From contig NC_135818.1 of NCBI RefSeq assembly GCF_964213995.1, positions 80,290,001 to 80,354,000 on the forward strand: DNA of 64,000 bases. The letters are read 5' to 3'. Each line of letters begins with the position of its first letter. Within the stretch, counting starts at the first letter, position 1. The position numbers and the translations under genes were made by a program. The notes beneath the pieces are model-generated. The model saw only the letters and a list, made by a program, of their open reading frames with translations, did not search any database and had not been told where the DNA came from. Shown here piece after piece: positions 37,987 to 49,309 of the stretch. This DNA comes from Mustelus asterias (taxonomy: Eukaryota).

Positions 37987-38320
37987 ACATAGAACCCCAA
38001 CAGTGCAGAAGGAGGCCATTTGGCCCATCGGGTCTGCACTGACTCTCTGACTGAGCATCTTGCTCAGGCCCTATCCCCGTAATCCCACATATTTACATCG
38101 CTAATTCCCGTAACCTATAACCTGCAACACGCGGGCAATTTAGCATGGCCAATCAACCTAACCTCCACATCTTTGGACTGTGGGAGGAAACCGGAGCACC
38201 CGGAGGAACCCATGCAGACATGGGGAGAATGTGCAAACTCCACACAGACAGTGACCCAAGGCCAGAATTGAACCTGGGTCCCTGGTGCTGTGAGGCAGCA
38301 GTGCTAACTACCATGCCGCC
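37987..38320 (-). mobile_element. HE1-type SINE
   Basis: Matches the other copies. Confidence 0.88.
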
Positions 38321-39311
38321 ACTTGCATGGAGTTGAAAGATGGGTGCAGATTTGGGAAGATAACATCACTCACGAGGAATTGGAGAGAAAAGGGAGATTG
38401 GAGCAGAGGTATTAGTTTGCTGAGTTTTAAAATGTGTGGGACAATATGAAGGGTGAGGGATCTAGTTACAATGCCGGCTAACATGAGGGCCAGGAAGGGA
38501 GATTGGGCTGTTAGTAGTTCAAGGAGAATAGGGTCAAGGGCCCAGTGTTTCCCTGACAAATGAGCATGGGGAAGGTAGGAGAGAAACTAGAGCATGCCGT
38601 GGGTTAATGACTCAGACAGCAGATGGGGAACAGGAGGGTGTCTGGGGGAGATTTGGCCTGGTGAGGAAGAGGAAAATCAAAGCAGTAGAAGCAGCTGGAT
38701 GGATGGCGTCAGTCTTCATGAGAAGTACATAACTGCCTCGCACTTGTTTTAGGTGAGATTGGAGGAGCAGGGAGAGAGGTTTAAGGAGATGTTTGATGGC
38801 TCGCTTTGATTTCCGGCCCAATCCTGAGGTGTGTCTGCGTCAGAGGAGATTGAGGCTTGATTGCGCTTGAGCTTCTATTCCCAGCTGCTATTCTTCCAGT
38901 TTTAAAATAAAGTACCTCACACTCGATGTAAAACTGTGTTTGCTGTTGTGTTGTCCATCTGCTTCGTCTACCAGTTCTCTATAATTCACTATAACTCCCG
39001 AGTCTTTTTGTTAGATAGACTCTTCGCTATTCCCAAATCCTGAGTGCTGTATTGGAAAAACTAAAGCCCAGAGGGAAGCCCCACCACCGGAATGTCTTTT
39101 ATCTCTTCTATCAGATAGGCTGTCTCCAATTCCATGTGTCTCTCCGTGTTTTAGATGTTGTCATTTTTTTTCAGCTCCTTTTCCCACATAACTTTTAATG
39201 TTGGGGTTTTAAAACAAAACGTATTCACGCCAGTACTGAAAAAAATACAAATTATAGTCAGTAGAAGTTGTTTTCGCCAAAGACAGCACACAGTAAGCAA
39301 TTAATTAGTTA

Positions 39312-39540
39312 GCAAAAGAGAAAATGCTGGAAAATCTCAGTAAGTCTGGCAGCATCTGTAAGGAGAGAAAAGAGCTGACGTTTCACGTCCAGATGACCCT
39401 TTGTCAAAGCTCTGACAAAGGGTCATCTGGGCGCGAAACGTCAGCTCTTTTCTCTCCTTACAGATGCTGCCAGACTTACTGAGATTTTCCAGCATTTTCT
39501 CTTTTGGTTTCAGATTCCAGCACCCCAGTAATTTGCTTTT
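39312..39540. mobile_element. Palindromic Penelope-like mini element with a 13-bp TSD
   Basis: Inverted arms of about 95 bp centred near 39409; AATTAATTAGTTA at 39299-39311 and 39541-39553; hammerhead-like cores reading CTGACAA. Confidence 0.85.
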
Positions 39541-39724
39541 AATTAATTAGTTAAGGTTGGTAATCGATAACGAACTCATGCCGTTTTGTAGCTAAGTCTC
39601 TGGTCCAGCACATGCCTGGCAGGTTTACTTTTCTGATTGCAGACAGGGTGAGATCAGTCAGAGAGGCAGTCTAGACTAACAAAGGGTGGGAGAATACAGA
39701 TTTAAGCCTGAATTAGGATGTGAA

Positions 39725-40115
39725 ATATTGCTGAAAAAAGAGACATGTTACCGAATGAGTGCACTAATAGTTACCCTAGCAACCAATTTAAGATAATCAG
39801 TTGAGCTCAAATCATGGCTCATTTATACTTGCTCGAGGCGATGTACACTCATACACAGGGACCTGTAATCTGCAAACAAAAATAATATGTTCAAGTCTTA
39901 CACTTTTTTGAATTGGGAGCTTGTGGAGCCTAAAGCTCCCCGTTGCTTTCTCCATGGCAACATCCTGTCCATTCAGAGTTGACTTGTCAACCAGTCAGCA
40001 CCCTTTTTACCTGCTGCAAAAATTGCTGTGATTGCTTGAAATTTGGCATTTTGGCGTTGTCCTGATGGGTGTAGGACAGAAAACTTCAGCAATATGTCTC
40101 TTTTCAGCAGTATTC
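39725..40115 (+). mobile_element. Degenerate element with inverted termini and a decayed hammerhead-like core (probably Penelope-like)
   Basis: AATATTGCTGAAAAAAGAGACATG.. versus ..ATATGTCTCTTTTCAGCAGTATT; TTGTCCTGATGG..GAAAA. Confidence 0.5.
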
Positions 40116-40546
40116 AAGTTCTGTACTGCTGAGCAAATGGTAATACATGGAAGGTCGGTTTTCTCAGATGGCAGCTGACCTGAAAGGACATGAGTGAATA
40201 TTTCAGCTTCTCTCCGTGATAGTGTTTGCTTTTTTTTCATAGGCTTTGTGACAAAGGGTAAGTTGTAGAGTCTGGAATTGCCGCTTATGTTCAGTCACTC
40301 ATGTCCTGACAAATAAACCAAGTTCTTGATTTGTCCGTGACCTTATCTTGCCAGATTGTCCAGCAGTTCCATGTGGTGAAAGATTGAGGAAGCGGAACTG
40401 AGGCCCAGCTTGGATGTCATCGTTGCAGCCACTTGAGGTAACAATACCATCCAATTAGATATTGGGGAGTGTGAGCCAACCTTGGCATGTAAAGGGCATG
40501 AGGGGCAATGTCACTAGACGAGTAATCCAGACCCAGGCTAATGCTC

Positions 40547-41326
40547 TTGGTGTGGAGATGCCGGCATTGGACTGGGGTAAACACAGTACGAAGTCTCACA
40601 ACACCAGGTTAAAGTCCAACAGGTTTATTTGGTAACAAAAGCCACTAGCTTTCGGAGCGCTGCCCCTTTGTCAGGTGAGTGGGAGTTCTGTTCACAAACA
40701 GGGCATATAAAGACACAAACTCAATTTACAAAATAATGATTGGAATGCGAGTCCAATTGGTACATTGGGGAGACCATGCAGACGCTACAACAACGGATGA
40801 ATGAACACCGCTCGACAATCACCAGGCAAGACTGTTCTCTTCCTGTTGGGGAACACTTCAGCGGTCACGGGCATTCGGCCTCTGATCTTTGGGTAAGCGT
40901 TCTTTAAGGCGGCCTTCACGACACACGACAGCGCAGAGTCGCTGAGCAGAGACTGATAGCCAGGTTCCGCACACATGAGGACAGCCTCAACCGGGATCTT
41001 GGGTTCATGTCACACTATCTGTAACCCCCATGACTTGCCTGGACTTGCAAAATCTCACTAACTGTCCTGTCTGTAGACAATACACACCTCTTTAACCTGT
41101 GCTTAACGCTCTCTCCACTCACATTGTCTGTACCTTTAAGACTTGATTACCTGTAAAGACTCGCATTCCAACCATTATTTTGTAAATTGGGTTTGTGTCT
41201 TTATATGCCCTGTTTGTGAACAGAACTCCCACTCACCTGACGAAGGGGCAGCAAGCGCTCCGAAAGCTAGTGGCTTTTGCCACCAAATAAACCTGTTGGA
41301 CTTTAACCTGGTGTTGTTAGACTTCT
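40547..41326 (+). mobile_element. Penelope-like element: inverted pLTR, GIY-YIG endonuclease C-terminus, pLTR
   Basis: 40758-41024 reads WYIGETMQTLQQRMNEHR..LPVGEHFS..*..AEQRLIARFRTHEDSLNRDLGF (not in the ORF track); TSD TAATGCTC at 40539-40546 and 41327-41334; hammerhead core 41229-41273. Confidence 0.9.
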
Positions 41327-41569
41327 TAATGCTCGTGGGACATAGGTTCAATTCCCATCATGGCAGCTGGTGAACAAATATCATTGAAAGCTAGCTTTAG
41401 GCCCATCAATTGTTGTAAAAATCCATCGGGTTCATTGCAGTGTTAATGTAAGCCTACTTGTGACTAATTAATAAACTTTAACTTTACTTTTTACCCGGTC
41501 TGGCCTGCACATGACTCCAGACCCACTTCAATGTGGTTGAGTCTTAACCGCCCTCTGACATGTCCGAGC

Positions 41570-41915
41570 AAGAAGTTTAACAACACCAGGTTAAAGTCCA
41601 ACAGGTTTATTTGGTAGCAAAAGCCACACAAGCTTTCGGAGCTCCAAGCCCCTTCTTCAGGTGAGTGGGAATTCTGTTCACAAACAGAGCATATAAAGAC
41701 ACAAACTCAATTTACATGAATAATGGTTGGAATGCGAATACTTACAACTAATCAAGTCTTTAAGAAACAAAACAATGTGAGTGGAGAGAGCATGAAGACA
41801 GGCTAAAAAGATGTGTATTGTCTCCAGACAAGACAGCCAGTGAAACTCTGTGGGGGTTACAAATAGTGTGACATGAACCCAATATCCCGGTTGAGGCCGT
41901 CCTCGTGTGTGCGAG
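41570..41915 (-). mobile_element. Penelope-like 3' fragment with an intact hammerhead core
   Basis: Minus strand CCACTCAC-CTGAAGA-AGGGGCTTGGAGCTCC-GAAA-GCTT-GTGTGG; endonuclease tail THEDGLNRDIGFMSHY. Confidence 0.85.
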
Positions 41916-43949
41916 CAAGCCAGTCAGTTCATGAGCAACAAATGCCGGCCCTGCCAGTGACACCCACATCTCATGAAGGCATATTTAAAAAAGAAAATCC
42001 ATATACCGGGGTGGCTGTTCGTAAGTACCTCACCGGGACCCATACCGTAATGTTCACTAGTTGGACTTGGCAACCTAGAGTGGATTCTCAAGTGCCTTCT
42101 GCAAGATCCGTGTATGCAGCACCTGCAGATCCCCTCTCCACCAGCTCAGTGAGTCTATTACCTTTAGTAAGACATGATCTACCTTTCAGTATGCAGCGCT
42201 GACTCCCCGTAATCAGCTTTTTTGTTTCTAAGTGCTCACCCACTCTGTCGCCAGCGATGGATTATAGCAAATCTTCCCACGAGTGATCTTCCCAGACCAG
42301 CTTGTGGTTTCTCAGTTTGCCGCTCCTTTCTTTTTGAATAGGGTACAAAGTTTTCTACCTCCTAAACTTCTGACAGAGTTGAATGAGTTCTGACGAATTC
42401 TACCTGACGCTCCTCACTTGCTTCTTGTTTGAAATCTTTGGATGGGAACTGGGTGGTGGGGATTTTCCCAGCTTCAATCCCACTACTCTATTGGTTTTTT
42501 CTGTTTGGTGGTCCCTGTAAACCTTTCCCTGTCACTAATCTGTGGTCTCTTCACCAGATTGTGGGCTTCTCAGTGTATCTCTGGTACTGAATCTTCCATT
42601 TTGATGACTGAAAATGAAGTATTAATTTACCACTCAGTCATCCTCTAATCCCTCACTGACTGTGATGCTTTATTTCTCTTTACCTTCTGTACAGCATCCG
42701 GAATAGTTAATTATGCTATCCTCTTTCAACATCCATTTCCCCCCATTGTCCATCCATCTCCGTGGGACCTACATGTCCCACAATGACCTACTGTACATAG
42801 TCACAGCACCTCCAGCAATAGTTTCCTTTCCCCTCTCATGTGGACAGCGGTTCCAAGATCTCTCCTTGCTCGGAACAGGAGGAGGCCACTCCGTTCTTCA
42901 TAGCTACTCCTCCATTCAGTTAGTTCATGGCTGACCTGTTTCTTAACTTTATTTATCAGCCTTGGCCTCCTAAGCCTTAATACCTAACAAATCTTACCAA
43001 TTTTAGTATTGATTTTTCAGTTGACCACTCCAGTCACAACAGCTTTTTGAGGGAGAGAGGTCCACAAGCCTTACTGTGAAGAATTGAGGACTGGTATTGT
43101 TCCGGAACAGCAAAGCTTTTGTTTTGAGATTATGTCACTTTGGCTTGACGCCACTTGCATGCTGTTTGTCTGCGAAATCATCTGCACACATGGGGGAACA
43201 GTCTCTACACACTTAGCAATGATAACCAGCCCTCCTTCTCCTTGGGCTGTTTTGACTGTCTCTGAACTGGTGCCTCTCTTTATTGATGTCCAGGCTTGGA
43301 TATGATCTTAAGTTCCTTCATTTCAACTTTGGGAGACCAAAGATATAATTTTTGGGCTCGCCCACAAGTTCTGCTCCCACACTACTGATTCCATTCCCTC
43401 TTCTCTGGCCATTGCCTTGGGCTGAAGCAGATGGATTGCAGGTTTGGTGACATGTTCAGTCCTGGATAACAACGTTTTTTTAGGGAAAAAGTTCCAGATT
43501 TCCATGGGGGTCATAAAAGTGGCATGGGAGAGAGCGCGAGGGCTCAGGACCAACAAAGTGGCAAGCGAGGGTGAGTGTTCAGGACTATCAGAGCAGCAAG
43601 AGAGAGTGAGGGTTCAAGGCCACTAAAGTGGCAAGTGAGGGCAAGTTGGGATGAGAGTAGGACTGGGTAACAAAAATACACAGTCTGTGGGTTTAGAGCC
43701 ATCTTCAGAAACAAAAAGTGAGGTGCGTGCGCTACATGGCAGTTTTAAGTTGATTGGCACTGGTGAGTATTGCTGCTTAGGGACTGAGTCTAAACAACCA
43801 GCAGATTAAAAATGATAATTATATCAAGCATTATCAAGTAACAAGTGAGTCTATTTTTAAGTTTTAAGTAAAGTTTATTGCTACTAGTAAGTTGTGTTAA
43901 GTATTAGGATTTATTAGTATTAATGGTAAGGTTTATTAACAGCATTAAG

Positions 43950-46580
43950 GTTTATTAGCAGTAGCAAGGTTAACTAATAAATAGAAAAATGGCAGGGATA
44001 CTCTGACCTCTAGAGGGTTCATCCTGTGCTATGTGGGAACTCCAGGATGCTTCCCGTGATCTGGATAACCATTTGTGCAGCAAGTGGTGTCAGTTGCAGC
44101 AGCTTGAGCTCTGGGGTTCCAAACTTTAACAGTAAGTGGTGTCACTGCAGTGCATCCATGACGTTGGGAGCTTGCTGAATAGAATCTTTATAGATGTGGT
44201 CACCCTGCAGTATGCGGGGAGGAAGGCGATGGGTAACTGCCAAGGTGTTATAAAGAAACAGGCAGGTAGAACAGGAGTGCCCTGAGTGCATCCCACTCAC
44301 AGTATTCAGTTCAGAATACTGATGAGTGTGATGGTTGATCCAGGGAGTGCAGTCAGAACCTGGTCCATGGTACCTCAGTACAGAGGGGTGGAAAGAAGAC
44401 TGGAAGGACAAAGTGATAGGTGATTCGATGATCTTGGAAATGGGTGGGGCGGGGGGGAGGAATGGAGAATTGTAAACTATACAGCCATGTTCAAAAAGGG
44501 TGTAAAGATAAGCCCAGCAACTCCACACCAGTCAGTTCAACTTGGGTGGTGGGGAATCTTCTAGAAACAATAATTCGGGACAAAATTAGTAGTCGCATGA
44601 ACAAATGCAAGTTAAGGAAAGTCAGCATGGATTTCTTAAGGGAAAATCATGTTTGACTATCTTGCTGGAGTTTTTTTTAAAGCAGTAACAGAGAGGGTTG
44701 ATAAGGGCAATACTAATGATGTGGTGTATATGGACTTCCAAAAGGCATTTGATACGGTGCCACACAACAGACTTGTGAGCGAAGTTATAGCTCATGGAAT
44801 AAAGGGACAGTGGCAACATTGGCCGCGAGTGACAGGAAACAGGGTGTTGTGATCAAAGGGTGATTTTCTGGCTTGAGAAATGTTTGTAGTGGAGTTCCCC
44901 AGGTGTTGGTGTTGGGATCCTTGCTTTTCCTGATATATATTAATGACTGAGACCTTGGTATACAAGGAACAATTTCAGAGTTTGCCAGGGTGGCACTGTG
45001 GCACAGGGGTTAGCACTGCTGTCTCACAGCTCCAGAGACCTGGGTTCGATTCCTGGCTTGGGTCACTATCTGAGTGGAGTTTGCAAATTCTCCCCGTGTC
45101 TGCGTGGGTTTCTTCCGGGTGCTCCGGTTTCCTCCCACAGTCCATGCGGGTTGTGCGGGATAGGTGCATTGGCCATACTAAATTGCCCCTTAGTGTCCCG
45201 GGATGCGTAGGTTGGAGGGATTAGCAGGGTGAATATGTGGGATTACGGGAATAAGGCCTGGGTGGGATTGTTGTCGGTGTGGACTCGATGGGCCAAATTG
45301 CCTCCTTCTGCACTGTAGGGTTTCTATGATATGAAACCTGGAACTGTGAGAAAGATTGTGTAGAACTTCAAAAGGACATTGACAAACTGGTGGAATGGGT
45401 GGGCAGGTGGCAGATGAAGTTCAATGCGGAGAAATGTGAAGTGATTCATTTTGGTAAGAAGTACATGGAAAGACAAGACAAAATAAAAGGTTTTGGGGGC
45501 TGCTATGATGTTTTCCTTGTCATTATAACTACCGTTCCCCTCATGTAGCCAAACAAAGTCATGGAGTAGTTTAAGATGATTTATTACTGCAGCTACAGAA
45601 CTTTGATCAAATCTTTAGGACCCAGTCAGAGTACCGATTTCACAAACAATTATAGTTTCAAATTCGATTACAAGTAATTAGCACATAGCAATCAAAGTAT
45701 AGGAATTATCTCTATCCATTCACGGTTATTAAGGTTACATCATGCATACATAAGGGTGTAGTAGTCCAATTGTAACTTGTGAATGTCTTCCTAATTATAT
45801 CATCAAGCAATATCTCTGACCAGTGGTCGGAATGTCAACCTCATTTTCCATTGTTCCTTGTTCTAATGGGCAAACATGAGCTGCAGGTGCACATCGTTCA
45901 ATGAAATGGTACTTGATTCTTATCTGGGTCTGCTTGAATCAAAACCTGTCGTTTTAAAAGTAAAGTAAGTTTAAGTTTATTTATTAGTCACAAGTAAGGC
46001 TTACATTAACACTGCAATGAAGTTACTGTGAAATTCCCCTAGTCGCCACAGTCTGGCGCCTGTTCGGGTCAATGCACCTAACCAGGTTTTCACACAGCTT
46101 TCCCTACGTGACAGAGAAAGAGCTTGCAGCTAATGTGATTTTTATACTTGTGTGATTATTAACCCTTTCAAAGGTACAATTCTAAAAGAGGTTCAGAAGC
46201 AGAGGGACCTGGGTGTATGTGTCCATGAGTCATTGAAGATGGAAGGACAGGAAGGACATATTTAGAATGCAGTTAATAAAGCGTACAATAGTGTAGGTTT
46301 TATTAATAGGGGCATAGAGTACAAGAGCCAAAGAAGTTATGTTAAACTTGTATAAGACACTAGTTTAGCCTCAACTGGGGCATTACGTCTAGTTCTGGAG
46401 ACTGCACTTTAGGAAGGATGTGAAGACATTGGAGAGAGTGCAGAAAAAACTCACGAGAATGGTTCCGAGTGAGGAATGTAGATAGGTTGGAGAGAAGAGA
46501 AGGCGTTTTGATAAAGGCATTCAAAATCATGAGGGGTTCTGGACATCGTAGACAGGGAGAAATTGTTCCCACTTGTGAAA
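43950..46580 (+). mobile_element. Fragmented CR1 LINE interrupted by an HE1-type SINE (44988-45330) and a solo LTR
   Basis: DVVYMDFQKAFDTVPHNRL; WQMKFNAEKCEVIHFG. Confidence 0.8.
45491..46170 (-). mobile_element. Probable solo LTR with a 4-bp TSD, containing a SINE tail fragment (45960-46085)
   Basis: AAGG at 45487-45490 and 46171-46174; minus strand begins TGAAAGGG; AATAAA about 90 nt before the end; CR1 sequence resumes on both sides. Confidence 0.6.
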
Positions 46581-46697
46581 GGATTGAGAAGGAGAGGGAA
46601 CCTGTCCTCACATTTTCTATGACTCGCTGTCAGCTTTGTTCAATAATATTCCTGTGGCGTACCTTGGGACATGTTTACTGGCTTAAAGGTTCTATAT

Positions 46698-47679
46698 GTG
46701 TACCGCAAGGATCTGTTTTGGGGCCACTGCTGTTTGTCATTTTTATAAATGACCTGGATGAGGGCGTAGAAGGATGGGTTAGTAAATTTGCGGATGACAC
46801 TAAAGTCGGTGGAGTTGTGGACAGTGCGGAAGGATGTTGCAGGTTACAGAGGGACATGGATAAGCTGCAGAGCTGGGCTGAGAGGTGGCAAATGGAGTTC
46901 AATGCGGAAAAGTGTGAGGTGATTCACTTTGGAAGGAGTAACAGGATTACAGAGTACTGGGCTAATGGTAAGATACTTGGTAGTGTGGATGAGCAGAGAG
47001 ATCTCGGTGTCCATGTGCATAGATCCCTGAAAGTTGGCACCCAGGTTGATAGGGTTGTAAAGAAGGCGCATGGAGTGTTAGCTTTTATTGGTAGAGGGAT
47101 TGAGTTTCGGAGCCAGGAGGTCATGTTGCAGCTGTACAAAACTCTGGTGCGGCCGCATTTGGAGTATTGTGTACGGTTCTGGTCACCGCATTATAGGAAG
47201 GATGTGGATGCATTGGAAAGGGTGCAGAGGAGATTAACTAGGATGTTGCCGGGTATAGTGGGAAGATCTTATGAGGAAAGGCTGAGGGGCTTGAGGTTGT
47301 TTTCGTTAGAGAGAAGAAGGTTAAGAGGTGACTTAATAGAGGCATACAAGATGATCAGAGGATTAGATAGGGTGGATAGTGAGAGCCTTTTTCCTCAGAT
47401 GGTGATAGCTAGCACGAGGGGACATAGCTTTAAATTGAGGGGTGATAGATATAGGACAGATGTCAGAGGTAGGTTCTTTACTCAGAGAGTGGTAAGGGCG
47501 TGGAATGCCCTGCCTGCAGCAGTAGTGGACTCGCCAACATTAAGGGCATTTAAATGGTCATTGGATAAACATATGGATGATATTGGAATAGTGTAGGTTA
47601 GATGGGCTTTAGATTGGTTTCACTGGTCGGCGCAACATCGAGGGCCGAAGGGCCTGGACTGCGCTGTAATGTTCTATGT
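46698..47679 (+). mobile_element. Young CR1 LINE 3' portion with an open RT/C-terminal frame
   Basis: VPQGSVLGPLLFVIFINDLD..FADDTK.. open to the stop at 47596; tail TAATGTTCTATGT. Confidence 0.95.
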
Positions 47680-48387
47680 AAGTGCAAGTTGTTGTTGTTG
47701 CCTAAACTAAAATTCCTTTTGTTTGACTAACTGGCTGGTTGACACATACAAAAACCCATCACCCGATATCGGAATCTACTTAACAAGCTGCCGACAAATC
47801 TATCTCACCGTCACCCCCTTCCCACCCCCCAACATTTTGTGTTGGTGTGAGGGGAGTGTGGTGCATTCTGCTTTACACCCTTTTTCAGCCTGTAGGTTCT
47901 GGCTAATTAGAGCCAGGCCTCTGAGTTTTCTGCGTAAGGACAGGGAAGCTGCCAGAGGTTAACCAGATTAAATCATACAGCGCACTCACAGATTACTGCA
48001 ACGCTATCCACAACCTGTCCAGATTTAGACATCAACCTTGTTCCTTCTCCACTGTGACAGAAGCTGAAGTTTTTCTTTTGAACACAGTCTCGTTAGGATT
48101 TTGTACTTTTTGTCTCTGCTGCCAGTTCGACTGTGATTGGTGTCGAAAGGCCAAACGCCTGTTTCAGCAGGTCAGAGGCTGGGAATTCTGCAGCAAGTAA
48201 CTTTCTTCCTGACTCCCTGAAGCCTGTCCACCAGGGCACAAGACAAGAGTATGATGGAATACTCTCCACTTGCCTGGATGGGTGCAGCTCCAACAACATT
48301 CAAGAAACTTGACAGCATCCAGGACAATGCAGCCAGCTTGATTAATCCATCCGTCACTCACTTCTTCCCCCACCGGCTGCATCTAGA

Positions 48388-49280
48388 CCATAAAACCATA
48401 AGACATAGGAGCAGAATTAGGCCACTCGGCCCATCGAGTCTGCTCCGCCATTCAATCATGGCTGATATTTTTCTCATCCCCATTCTCTTGCCTTTTCCCC
48501 ATAACCCCTGATTCCCTTATTAATCAAGAACCTATCTATCTCTGTTTTAAAGACACTCAATGACCTGGCCTCCACAGCCTTCTGTGGCAAAGAGTTCCAC
48601 AGATTCACCACTCTCTGGCTGAAGAAATTCCTCCTCATCTCTGTTTTAAAGGATCATCCCTTTAGCCTGAGGTTGTGCCCTCTGGTTCTAGTTTTTCCTA
48701 CTAGTGGAAACATCCTCTCCATGTCCACTCTATCCAGGCCTCGCAGTATCCTGTAAGATTCAATAAGATCCTCCCTCATCCTTTTAAACTCCAACGAGTA
48801 CAGACCCAGAGTCCTCAACCGTTCCTCATACGACAAGCTCTTCATTCCAGGGATCATTCTTGTGAACCTCCTCTGGACCCTTTCCAAGGCCAGCACATCC
48901 TCCCTTAGATATGGGGTCCAAAACTGCTCACAATGCTCCAAATAGGGTCTGACCAGGACCTTATATAGCCTCAGAAGTACATCCGTGCTCTTGTATTCTA
49001 GCCCTCTCAACATGAATGCTAACATTGCATTTGCCTTCCTAACTGCTGACTGAACCTGCACGTTAACCTTAAGAGAATTCTGAACAATGATTCCCAAGTC
49101 CCTTTGTGTTTCTGATTTCCTAAGCATTTTCCCATTTAGAAAATAGTCTATGCCTCCATTCCTCCTTCCAAAGTGCATAACCTCACACTTTTCCACATTG
49201 TATTCCATCTGCCACTTCTTTGCCCACTCCCCTAACCTGTCCAAGTCCCTCTGCAGCCCCCCTGCTTCCTCAATACTACC
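48388..49280 (-). mobile_element. CR1 LINE 3' fragment
   Basis: ORF 48654..49307: LQRDLDRLGEWAKKWQMEYNVEKCEVMHFG. Confidence 0.92.
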
Positions 49281-49309
49281 TGTCTTTCTACATATCTTTA
49301 AGACCAAGA

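Noticed and set aside
39764-39783. RFX X-box-like GTTACCCTAGCAAC (also GTTACCATGGCAGC at 28227-28240)
   Set aside because: The first lies inside a probable TE with no promoter context; the second is an isolated imperfect match
46469-47596. 375-aa ORF, the longest in the window
   Set aside because: Chimeric read-through: unrelated upstream sequence fused in frame to a 5'-truncated CR1 ORF2; not a host gene
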